DNA of 20,455 nucleotides, taken from assembly GCA_963775685.1 (NCBI GenBank), contig CAVZJV010000012.1:1-20455 (forward strand), written 5' to 3'. The notes beneath the pieces are model-generated. The model was not told the DNA's origin. It saw only the letters and a program-made list of their open reading frames with translations, and did no database searches. The position numbers were made by a program, and so were the translations under genes. Shown here piece by piece: positions 1 to 8,107 of the stretch (positions are counted from its first letter, which is position 1; every line of letters starts with the position of its first letter). This DNA is from Candidatus Bathyarchaeota archaeon. GTDB lineage: Archaea; Thermoproteota; Bathyarchaeia; Bathyarchaeales; Bathycorpusculaceae.

Positions 1-290
1 CTCACCATTATTTACTGCTAGCCTAAGCGTTAATATTTCAATATCACTGTCGCAACTTGGGGCTTCTTGTGAAGTTTAGAGAATGCTTGCTTGTAATTTG
101 CTTTACCTTCGACGATCCATTCAGCTAAGCTCCTGTTAAACAGCCATCCTCTGCGGTTAGTCACAGCTTAATACCCGACCCGATTGTTTGCACACTAAAC
201 GAGCCTTCGAAACCTAGTTTAGTATGCCGGAGAAAAACCAAGGCACATGATACAAAAATAGAAGTGTCAACATGCTTCCAACACGCCCAC

Positions 291-331
291 ACTCACACTC
301 TTAACATAGCATCCATGTTGACTGTGTGAGT
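291..331. repeat. 41-bp imperfect palindrome (17-bp arms, 7-nt spacer)
   Basis: ACTCACACtcTTAACAT-agcatcc-ATGTTGActGTGTGAGT: 14 Watson-Crick pairs, 1 G-T pair and 2 mismatches. Confidence 0.7.
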
Positions 332-659
332 TAAACCCTCTTCCCACACTTAAACCGCAACAGGAAAAAAACCCAAACTAAAAAAGCAAACAATTCCAAA
401 ACCCCCAGTGTAGAGTGCAGTTTTTACCTCCCCACACCCACACAAATATAACTAAAGAAATATTGTGAGCGACAAATCCATGGAAAGCAAGTTCAAATCC
501 CAGAGACCTACCATGTCCTTCTTTGTGTTGTGTAAACTTTGAGCTTGTTAGTTCAATTTTCTTCTTTGACTTAAAGCATCCGCTCGATAGATGGCGGTTT
601 ATTGAGGATAGAACAGGGTCGGTTAAGCCTTCTTTAAATAGTCTTTTTTTTCAATTGAA

Positions 660-826
660 GAACAACACCAGTTGATTTTGCAAAAAAGGATGGGTTTGTT
701 TTGGGGTGCTTTTGTTGTTTAGACTTTGATATATGCGTAAGTTGCGGCTAGAAATGGTGGGGAATGGCTAGAAAATGGCTAGAAATCGGCTAGAAATGGC
801 TAAGAAATAGCGTGTGTTTCTAGTTG
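660..826 (+). repeat. dispersed G/T-rich non-coding repeat, copy 1
   Basis: 660-749 aligns without gaps to 5988-6077 (74/90 identical by hand count). It starts GAACAACACCAGTTGA and ends TTCTAGTTG. Confidence 0.85.
746..808 (+). repeat. tandem repeat, ~6 x GGCTAGAAAT (10-11 bp units)
   Basis: Units start at 746, 756 (degenerate), 766, 777, 788 and 798. Confidence 0.85.
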
Positions 827-1093
827 GCCTTTTTTCGCTTTAGCGAAAGCCCAAAGTAGCTTTTTTTCTCATAGTTTCGTTAATTTCTGGAGGACCAGAG
901 GTAATCATGAAGATGCCGTTTTTTGCAATGAATCAAGCCCTGTTTGTAATATTTGGTGATTATGTTTTTCATTGCATTGTGAAAGTATAGAAAATTTAAA
1001 TCGTTTTTAACCCCTAAAGTTACCAGAAAACTCAAATGAATCGAACACCTTTGGAGGGTTAAATAACGCGCATTTGTCATGGTTATTTTCTGC

Positions 1094-1395
1094 TCAAAGG
1101 TCGAGTTTGCAAATCACCCAATAATCCTTAACTTGTTCTACTCTTAATTTATGACTTTTAATATAATCTGCCATTTGAGTTGAGAAGGATTCAGTAGCTA
1201 AAGTTGTTAAAACTACGTAACCGTTCGTTTCAGCACTACAATTCTTCCATTCAACAAATCCCTTGAATATTTTTGGGTGACAACTGGGAAATTGTTTTGA
1301 AAATTCTAATGCTTCAGCCAAAATCATAAAATTGCTCCTTAACACCTGATCTGCCGGCTCTGTGAAGATAAAGGTAGTGAAAGCTGAATTTTCAT
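1094..1395 (-). CDS. hypothetical protein (probable frameshift near 1340)
   Basis: The ATG at 1395 overlaps the upstream stop (TAATG) and reads MKIQLSLPLSSQSRQIRC*. The long frame SNFMILAEALEF...ICKLDL (ORF 1094..1417) continues in another frame. Confidence 0.5.
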
Positions 1396-1671
1396 TAGGT
1401 ATAGGCTTCTTCAACAATTGGTAACGTTTGTTTGAGGTCTCGGAAGTACTTCAACACCGTAATGCCTCGTTGGGTGACTGCAAAGACTATTCTATCTTTT
1501 CCAATAGTTCGCTCTTCAACTAAGGCTTGTTTAACCAAGAAGTTTAAGTCTTCTTTAAGCACGCTGCCATTTAAGTTGACATTGTACATTATATGTGTCA
1601 GTTTTTGAGGACCGTGTCGAGCTAACAAGCTAATTATGTCAACGTATATTTCTACGATGACTTCGTCTCAT
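1395..1671 (-). CDS. small winged helix-turn-helix regulator (HTH_45/DUF4364-like); +1 frameshift at ~1659
   Basis: AAGGAGA precedes ATG 1671. Removing one base gives MRRS-IVEIYVDIISLLARHGPQKLTHIMYNVNLN...FAVTQRGITVL, the typical MRRS..E.Y.DIL...T.IMY..N.N...T.RG pattern. Confidence 0.8.
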
Positions 1672-1764
1672 GGTGAATCTCCTTTTCATGAGAGGAGCGC
1701 GAGAGCATTAATAAATGTTCTTATGCTTTGTTCAAACAATTATTCTTTTTATTGACAAAAATTC

Positions 1765-1803
1765 AAATTATAATATAAAATGAATTAAAATTATATATAA
1801 AAT
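1765..1803. promoter_or_regulatory. very AT-rich imperfect direct repeat in the divergent intergenic region
   Basis: AAATTATAATATAAAAT (1765-1781) and AAATTATATATAAAAT (1788-1803), both TATA-like. Confidence 0.35.
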
Positions 1804-2152
1804 ACAATAATTATTTTATATGATAATAGTTAATGAAGTGCGGTTTTCTTGAGTTTTGCCGATCAGGCTTTTTTCTAGCTTTCATCTACATTTGCAAAAG
1901 CTGAATTTTTGCACATACCTCCGATTTTGTATTCCAAAAACAACCTCAAAATTTTTGGACACCCAAACAAGAGTGCTGGACTTCACTAATGTTTGATTAA
2001 TTACGAATGCCTCTATTGCATTCCCTTTCATTTGTTTAATTACAAAAGGGGAACATCGCTTTTCTGGGATCAGGTGGTTTGTTTAGCTCTTGAGTAACGT
2101 AAATTTGTTTTTCAAAACATCAGGGAGCATCGGCTTTTTTGTGCAAATCAGC

Positions 2153-2186
2153 AATCCATATAATAACTACCGAGTATATACGGATT
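2153..2186. promoter_or_regulatory. candidate operator: AATCCATATA-N14-TATACGGATT
   Basis: 10-bp inverted repeat with 1 mismatch, overlapping TATATA (2175-2180) and ending 24 nt before ATG 2211. The same half-site occurs upstream of the UbiA-family gene. Confidence 0.5.
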
Positions 2187-2210
2187 AACAAGACATATGA
2201 GATGGTTCTA

Positions 2211-2996
2211 ATGGATTATTTGTCACCCCTCAGATCAGAACTCAAGCTAAAGATCTTGTTAAGCCTTTTAAACGGAGAAAAAAAAATTTCTGATCTTAGA
2301 ATTGATGCCGAAACTCGGGACACCACTATTCTTCATGTTCTTGAAGAATTTGGCGATCTTAATCTAACAACGAAAGCTCAGGGACTATACAAACTGTCGC
2401 CTCTGGGTATCATCGAAGCAAAAATTCTTAAAGAGTTCATTTCGACAACTGAAGTTGTTAAAAAGTTTAAGGATTTTTGGCTGTCACATAACGTAGATGA
2501 CATACCAGCACACCTTCTTCAAAACATTGGCGAGCTAAAAGACGCACAATTAGTTCGGACTCAAGCATCAGAATTAGGGATTGTTCACCAAACATTCGTA
2601 GAGGCCGTCAGAACATCCAGAACGCTAAAGGGAATATCACCAATATTTCACCCTGATTTTATCTCTTTGTTTGGGCAACTGCTTGAGCAAGGAAGTACAA
2701 TTGAGCTTATAGTCAGTAGCGATGTTCTCGGCAAGATTACGGGTTTTGTGGATCTTGATTTAGTAAAAAAGTACTTGACAGAGGATAAGCTGAGAGTTTT
2801 TCTAAAGGACGATTTGAAGATTGCTCTTTCTTTGACTGAGAGCAGTTTCTCACTTGGTCTTTTTGCTCTATCTGGAGCGTATGATGATAGCATGGACTTG
2901 CGGTCAAATAGCATCGAGGCAATAAAGTGGGGTGAGCGTCTTTTCGAAGATGCAATTAAGGGCAGTCAAAGAATTGGTCTAGATTTGCCCATTTAA
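2211..2996 (+). CDS. transcriptional regulator, N-terminal wHTH plus DUF1724/FilR1-middle-type domain
   Basis: RSELKLKILLSLLNGEKKISDL...YKLSPLG wHTH, then FWLSHNVDDIP, GISPIFHP, LGLF...YD...DL and AIKWGERLF motifs typical of this archaeal family. Start placed at ATG 2211 (alternative 2202). Confidence 0.85.
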   Translation: MDYLSPLRSELKLKILLSLLNGEKKISDLRIDAETRDTTILHVLEEFGDLNLTTKAQGLYKLSPLGIIEAKILKEFISTTEVVKKFKDFWLSHNVDDIPAHLLQNIGELKDAQLVRTQASELGIVHQTFVEAVRTSRTLKGISPIFHPDFISLFGQLLEQGSTIELIVSSDVLGKITGFVDLDLVKKYLTEDKLRVFLKDDLKIALSLTESSFSLGLFALSGAYDDSMDLRSNSIEAIKWGERLFEDAIKGSQRIGLDLPI

Positions 2997-3002
2997 ACAT
3001 CA

Positions 3003-3017
3003 TTTTTATTTTTTTTT
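3003..3017 (+). terminator. oligo-T archaeal terminator-like tract
   Basis: Near-continuous T tract (one A) directly after the stop at 2996. Confidence 0.45.
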
Positions 3018-3082
3018 GGTTAGACGCGATCGACTTTTTTTCTTGAAGCTGATTTCATAAAATTATTTTGGACATATATTTT

Positions 3083-3134
3083 GAATATGGATTAGTGATT
3101 CATAAGTTTCATTACTTATTTGAAATCCATATTC
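3083..3134. promoter_or_regulatory. candidate operator/hairpin: GAATATGGATT-N30-AATCCATATTC
   Basis: Perfect 11-bp inverted repeat with an inner ATAAGT/ACTTAT stem (3102-3107/3114-3119), ending 21 nt before GTG 3156. Confidence 0.55.
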
Positions 3135-3155
3135 GCCTGAGAGGGCTAAGCGAAA

Positions 3156-4070
3156 GTGAAAGACCAAAACTTTCACATTGAATCAACAAAAAATCTGAAG
3201 GCGAGTCTGGGAAATTTTGTTTTAGAGCAAACATACTGTCCGATATTCAAAGTTCTAAGGTTTATGGTATCAAATTCACTTCTCTTAGCCTTAAATGGAG
3301 TTATGGTAGTAGTTTTTGGCTTCTTTTTAGACAGCGCCGCCATTTCACCATCTTTGCTTTTCGCTGCATTTTTAGTCACCTTTTCAGTCTACGGTTTAAA
3401 CAAGTTCACCGATAAGGCTGAAGATTCGGTCAACCGACCTGAAACTTTGCCAAGAGCGCCAGGTTACTATTTGGTTTTCTCTTTAGTGTCAATGGTATTT
3501 GGGTTTTTGATAGGTTTATGGGAAGGCATTTTGGCTTTCTATGTTCTGTGCACTCCTGTCTTAATTGGGGTGATTTATAGCGTAAGAATTTCAAAATCAA
3601 TCCCAAGGCTCAAAGAAATTGTAGGGGTCAAGAGCATTGTAGTTGCAGTGAGCTGGGCTTTAACAGGCTCTCTTCTTCCTGAACCTTTTTGCACGGCTAA
3701 ACTTCAGGTAATTGTAATTGTTTTCGTTTACATTTTTATTCGGGTATTCGTGGGCGCGACTCTTTGCGATGTCTTGGATAAGAAGGGCGATTTGGCTTCG
3801 GGAGTAGAAACAATACCTATAAGGTTGGGATTAAACAAAACTAAAATGTTCTTAGTACTTCTAAACAGCCTTGGGATGCTTTTACCAATCTTTTGTGTTG
3901 CAACCGGGATGCTTGTTCGTTTTGTGCCTGCGTTGCTGTTCGGAGTTTTATATGGATATTTGGCAATTTGGTTTTTCTTTAAACACAACTGCAAACGGTT
4001 TACCGCGGGCTTAATGTTAGATGGTGAATGGATTCCCATAGTTATTATCACTTGCTTGCTTATCAGATGA
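3156..4070 (+). CDS. UbiA-family prenyltransferase (substrate unknown)
   Basis: Multi-pass membrane protein with both Asp-rich motifs: NKFTDKAEDSVNRP and DVLDKKGDLASGVETIP. Confidence 0.88.
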   Translation: MKDQNFHIESTKNLKASLGNFVLEQTYCPIFKVLRFMVSNSLLLALNGVMVVVFGFFLDSAAISPSLLFAAFLVTFSVYGLNKFTDKAEDSVNRPETLPRAPGYYLVFSLVSMVFGFLIGLWEGILAFYVLCTPVLIGVIYSVRISKSIPRLKEIVGVKSIVVAVSWALTGSLLPEPFCTAKLQVIVIVFVYIFIRVFVGATLCDVLDKKGDLASGVETIPIRLGLNKTKMFLVLLNSLGMLLPIFCVATGMLVRFVPALLFGVLYGYLAIWFFFKHNCKRFTAGLMLDGEWIPIVIITCLLIR

Positions 4071-4215
4071 TAAAAAAGCTATCCGCTGGGTTTCATTTGA
4101 ATGCTCTTAATGTTGCCTCGAAAAAAAAAGTTACACCTTGAAATTTGGATAAAGAACAATCGTTCCAACTATTCGGTTCTATCTCTCATTGTTGGGCTTG
4201 AAAACGAATTTGGAC

Positions 4216-4467
4216 TCACTTGTGAGTTTCTTCATCTTTGCATTCGCCCGCAGTTCTCAAAACCTGCATTATTAAATCGTCTCGAAGACGTTCAGCTTCT
4301 ACAGGTGTACATGCTGGACCTTTTACTCCCTTAATATGCAAGGCAACATGAACCTCAATAGCTTCACTAGTTGCCCTTACGTCAGGCAAGAGCGAGATTT
4401 CCTCTCCACACTCGCATTTGATCCTATCATTTCGCCGCCGAAAACGGGTCACTTCTTTATTCGTCAT
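4216..4467 (-). CDS. small putative zinc-binding protein (CxC...HxxxH)
   Basis: IKCECGEEISLLPD...IEVHVALH in an 83-aa ORF with an ATG start. Confidence 0.7.
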   Translation of the reverse strand: MTNKEVTRFRRRNDRIKCECGEEISLLPDVRATSEAIEVHVALHIKGVKGPACTPVEAERLRDDLIMQVLRTAGECKDEETHK

Positions 4468-4945
4468 ATTTTCAACAGCTCCACAGTTCCATTAGAATTA
4501 GAATAATTTGGACTTCTAATAATTAAACAGCGTGGACATATGAACAAAAACAGGGGATATACCACTGTCTCAACGATTCCCTATTTTGATCGAACAATAA
4601 GGTGTTTACTGCAGTCTTTTGCTACCTTTTTAGCTCAGTTTATTTAACCATAATTAGGTTTTGGCGGTTAGGATAAACTTGATAGTTTCACGTGCTTCTT
4701 TGATTAAAACTCAATTTCACCACCTTGAACATGTCTGTTAATGCACAGAAAATGCACCTATGCAATCTTTTCTTATAGCTGGAAAAACAAGTCAACCCAA
4801 ACAAGATTTTAAAATCATCATCAAACGAGATTGGTAAACAGTTAATTTGAAGCGAGCTGTGGCAGCATTTTCGCCAACCATGAATAGTAAACGCTGATTA
4901 ACTCAGTTACATACATACCCAACGCTAAGACGGTGATTACGAAAC

Positions 4946-5482
4946 ATGTCAGCTAATAACCGAGATCAAATCATCAAAGATATCACGAAGTGGATTGTTC
5001 AATCGGGCTTCCGAAACCACTCTTAAAGAGGCGGCGCATTATTTTGTTTTCAGGACCATCTGAGGCTGCCAAGATAGCCGGTGAGACTCTCGCCAATGAA
5101 TTGAAGCTTGACGTATTTAGGATTGATCTTTCGATGGTTGAGAGTAAGTATGTCGGAGAGACAGAGAAGAATCTGAATAGAATTTTCAAAGACGCAGAAG
5201 AGTGTGATGTAATTCTTGTTTTTCGACGAAGCAGACGCTCTTTTTGGGAAAAGAGGTAAAGTGAGAGATGCTCACGATCGGTATGCCAACATTGGAATCA
5301 ACTTTTTGCGACCGAAAATAGAAGAACACGAAGGAATCGTAATCCTCTCCACGAACTTGAGCGAGAACATTGATGAACCATTTTTAAGGCGTATGGATTT
5401 TATCGTGGATTTTAAGTCTCCAACTGGAGAGTGCAGTCTCAAAGAGGTTGAACCTAAACGAAGATGGACTGTATCCACCTGA
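4946..5482 (+). CDS. AAA+ ATPase-family protein (Afp15/Pvc15-like), two 1-nt frameshifts, degenerate Walker A
   Basis: GGTGA then ATG 4946. Motifs RIDLSMVESKYVGETEKNL, FFDEADALFGKR, DAHDRYAN, STNL..NID..FLRR. Frame changes at ~5005-5007 and ~5213-5217. May be a pseudogene. Confidence 0.75.
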
Positions 5483-5749
5483 AATCGTTTTAGATTGAAG
5501 GTTAACCTATGCCAACAAATGTCATCTCTTAAATAAAAAGAATGATGGGCTGATTAAAGCTCAAACCTTCGTCGCAATCAGGTTGTAAATAAAATGCTTA
5601 AGCAAAAAAATAACAAACTGTGATTGCTGTGCCGAAGCAGTTAAACTGAGGATTTTGTTATCAGCCCTTTAGGTTTGTTTTTCGTCTCTTTCAATTTATT
5701 TTATAGCTCTGTTGCTAGGTGACCACCAAGTTTTAGAGGGCCCTTTATG

Positions 5750-5875
5750 TTTAAAGTTTAAAAATATTCGCATCGATGCCACCTTTGGCGACTTCGGAGT
5801 AGCATATCTAATCTTTGCATTCTGCTTTTTGGGTCTTAATGGTAACAAATCTATACTTCATCTTTAAACTTTAAA
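5750..5875. repeat. 126-bp segment bounded by perfect 13-bp inverted repeats
   Basis: TTTAAAGTTTAAA (5750-5762) and TTTAAACTTTAAA (5863-5875); no target-site duplication seen. Confidence 0.45.
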
Positions 5876-5987
5876 GAGACAATAAAACGAGACCTAACCT
5901 TTCTTAGTTCTTGCATTTTTTGGGCAAGGTCAAGGGGCAATTGAAACATGGCTAAAGTGTTCGCTAAATGTGGATTTTTTTTTAAAA

Positions 5988-6124
5988 GAACAACACCAGT
6001 TGAATTTTCAAAAGAAGATGGGTTTGTTTTGGGTTGGTTTTGTTGTTTAGGCTTTGGAAAGGCTGCAGGTTGCGGCTGTAAAATTGCTTGTAATGGATAG
6101 GAATGGCAATTGTTCTAGTTGTTC
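5988..6124 (+). repeat. dispersed G/T-rich non-coding repeat, copy 2
   Basis: Direct copy of 660-826 with about 3 degenerate internal 10-mers. Its ends GAACAAC...GTTGTTC form a 7-bp inverted repeat. Confidence 0.85.
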
Positions 6125-6192
6125 AGTAGGTTATCTATTTGGGGGGTTGATGTGCTTTTATGGGCGTTGTTTAGAGTATAAGATGAAGAAAT

Positions 6193-6310
6193 GTTGTTTT
6201 GCAGATTTTCTTGGGCTTGTTTGGGGTGCTTAATTTTGTTTGGGGTTTGTGGTGTTTGCAGGTTGCGTCTGGAAAAGTCACAGAAAGGCTGGGGGCGGTT
6301 TTCTAGTTGA
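6193..6310 (+). repeat. dispersed G/T-rich non-coding repeat, copy 3 (diverged, 5' end missing)
   Basis: GTTGTTTTGCA...TGGG...TTTGGGGTGCTT...GCAGGTTGCG...TTCTAGTTG; TGGG-to-GTTGCG spacing is 50 nt, as in copies 1 and 2. Confidence 0.7.
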
Positions 6311-6381
6311 AATAGATTTATACATAAGGGTTTTTTAGCGCCAAATTACGCTCTCACGATTGAATTAAAACAAGTAACACG

Positions 6382-7479
6382 TCAGACAAGGATACTCACG
6401 GTTTTATTCCAAAACTTCCCATAACGTCCGGCGGCTTCTTTGACAACCTCTAACTTACTTTCATTTAGTTTCTTGAAAGGATTTAGTGTAATTTCGAGTT
6501 TGTCTTTCTTCATAGTTCGCTTCCAAGTGCCCACCACTTTTCCATCCAAAACTACCACTGCATTAAGGGCGTTACCCTTCGAAATCATACGCTCTATGCC
6601 ACGTTCTTCGCTTATATCGCTCCTATCTTTGTAAGCAATTGTATATTCATCATATATTGACAATAGAAAAGCCTGCTCAGATAAGTAGAAACGAGCAATC
6701 TGCGAACCCTGCCTTCTATCACATATTCCACTGAAAAACCAATACTCCTTCCCATTCAATTTTGCTTGTGTAAGTTTTGACTGGATCGAGTTAGCTGCTT
6801 CCTTGGCGTCCTTTGCAGACAATCCTGACCACCAGGCAAAGTCTCGAGTTTGAGCTGGCCCATGACTTGTAAAATATTTTAGCGCGAGCTTTGCCAATGC
6901 TTCTTCACGAGTTAGCGCCCTGTATTTTGGAACCCGGTCCTGAAGCAAAGCGTAAGTGAATTGTTTGCCTCTTCTTGGACCGCTACAAATTAGACCATTC
7001 AACTCTGCATAGGCTAAAATGTGACCAAGTCTTTGTCCATGTACCAACATTCCTTTCTTCGCCAGTTGGTCTGCAAGCTCCGGTCGAGTTAGGACTTTTT
7101 TGCCCTCCAAAGCTTTTTCTATTTCAGCCTGGCTTTGAAAGCGCATTTCCTTAGTAATTTCTAGTCTTTGGTCATAGGGCGTAAGAATTCTCTTACTTGG
7201 GAGCGGTTAACTCCAGCATCCATCGGATGTCTTCTGGCAAGACAAAGTGCCACGTGGGGCGCATAACATGTGTTCTCAAGAATTTTCCTTCGCTATAAGC
7301 TTTCTCCACAACTTCATCAGTTGCATTTTGCATTCGTAAGCCGACTGCCCATTTAGCAGCAGAAAATCTTGAGCCTGCACGGCACCTAAATGTCCTATAA
7401 CAGCCTCAGGGCTTCTGAAAGGAGAAGTGCCAAGACCAGTGTTATCTAACCAAAGCTGAAGAATGTCAAGTTCTTTCAT
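6382..7479 (-). CDS. AlkZ-like winged-helix DNA glycosylase (HTH_42 family), frameshifted at ~7364 and ~7196
   Basis: GAVQAQD, RTHVMRPTWHFVLPEDIRWMLELT, SGPRRGKQFTYAL, YFTSHGPA..DFAWWSGL, LLSIYDEY, DGKVVGTWKR. Both breaks are repaired by adding bases to T or A runs. Confidence 0.85.
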
Positions 7480-7550
7480 TAGTGTGGTGTGTATCCCGTT
7501 ATTTTATTTCTTCTTGAAAAAATGTGGTAATTTATTGTTTTTTTCTTGGT

Positions 7551-7955
7551 TTAAGGAGGGGAAGGTGGCATCTCTGGCTGAATCAATCCAAAAGCGTTAC
7601 CTTCAGGATCAGCCACTAGCGCAATCGAGCCGACTGTGGGAATTTGTTGCTTGGCTATGAGGATTGTGCCTCCTGCCGCTGTGACTTTGGGGATGTATTC
7701 GTCAATGTTTTCAACGCTGATGTAGTTGACCTGTTTGATACCTGACCAATCTGGGGTACGCGGGTAAAGTCCGCCGTTAACCCCAGGTCGCTGCAACATC
7801 CCTTTCTCATCAGTAGCAACTGTCTGTATTAGCCAATAATCCATATAAGGCAAGGGTGATTTGATAATTTTCCAACCTAAAACATTCTCATAAAAGCTCT
7901 TGAGTACCTCAACATTTTTTGCTTGAATTTCAAAGTGAACGATTGTATGATCCAA
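7551..7955 (-). CDS. VOC-family (glyoxalase/bleomycin-resistance-like) protein
   Basis: GGAGGTG (7970-7964) then TTG 7955. Motifs IVHFEI...FYENVLGW, GVNGG, YISVENID, AGG, DPEGN.FGL. Confidence 0.88.
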   Translation of the reverse strand: MDHTIVHFEIQAKNVEVLKSFYENVLGWKIIKSPLPYMDYWLIQTVATDEKGMLQRPGVNGGLYPRTPDWSGIKQVNYISVENIDEYIPKVTAAGGTILIAKQQIPTVGSIALVADPEGNAFGLIQPEMPPSPP

Positions 7956-8107
7956 TATACGTGCACCTCCTTCGTTCTTTGGATTAATTAAAATTCGGAA
8001 ACCTACAAGTTGCATGAGTTGTTGGTTGATTTATGTTTTTCGCAAACTGAAAGAACACCAATGCAAAGTTTGACTATTTGGACTTTTTAATCTTGCTTTT
8101 TCTAATT

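Noticed and set aside
30-164. 44-codon minus-strand frame (VTNRRGWLFNRSLAEW...)
   Set aside because: Short, with no SD and no recognisable motif
440-513. intact tRNA gene
   Set aside because: No D-arm, anticodon arm or acceptor pairing, and the T-stem does not pair
746-808. CRISPR array
   Set aside because: Units are 10-11 bp and contiguous, with no spacers and no cas genes
880-1080. 66-aa ORF downstream of the wHTH pair
   Set aside because: The position is plausible but the composition is not convincingly protein-like and there is no motif; left uncalled
1740-1830. replication origin (AT-rich unwinding element)
   Set aside because: No ORB-like boxes and no cdc6/orc1 gene; better explained as promoter DNA
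1380-1909. 13-bp exact repeat AAAGCTGAATTTT at 1380 and 1897
   Set aside because: AT-rich, one copy lies in coding sequence, and it is compatible with chance
2139-2210. N-terminal extension of the DUF1724 regulator from GTG 2139
   Set aside because: It overlaps the TATA-like and inverted-repeat region, and the family pattern begins near ATG 2211
2648-4051. antisense ORFs 2648..2914, 2737..2955, 3173..3379, 3728..4051
   Set aside because: Shadows of well-supported plus-strand genes
4101-4334. 77-aa plus-strand ORF
   Set aside because: Overlaps the better-supported Zn-finger gene on the opposite strand
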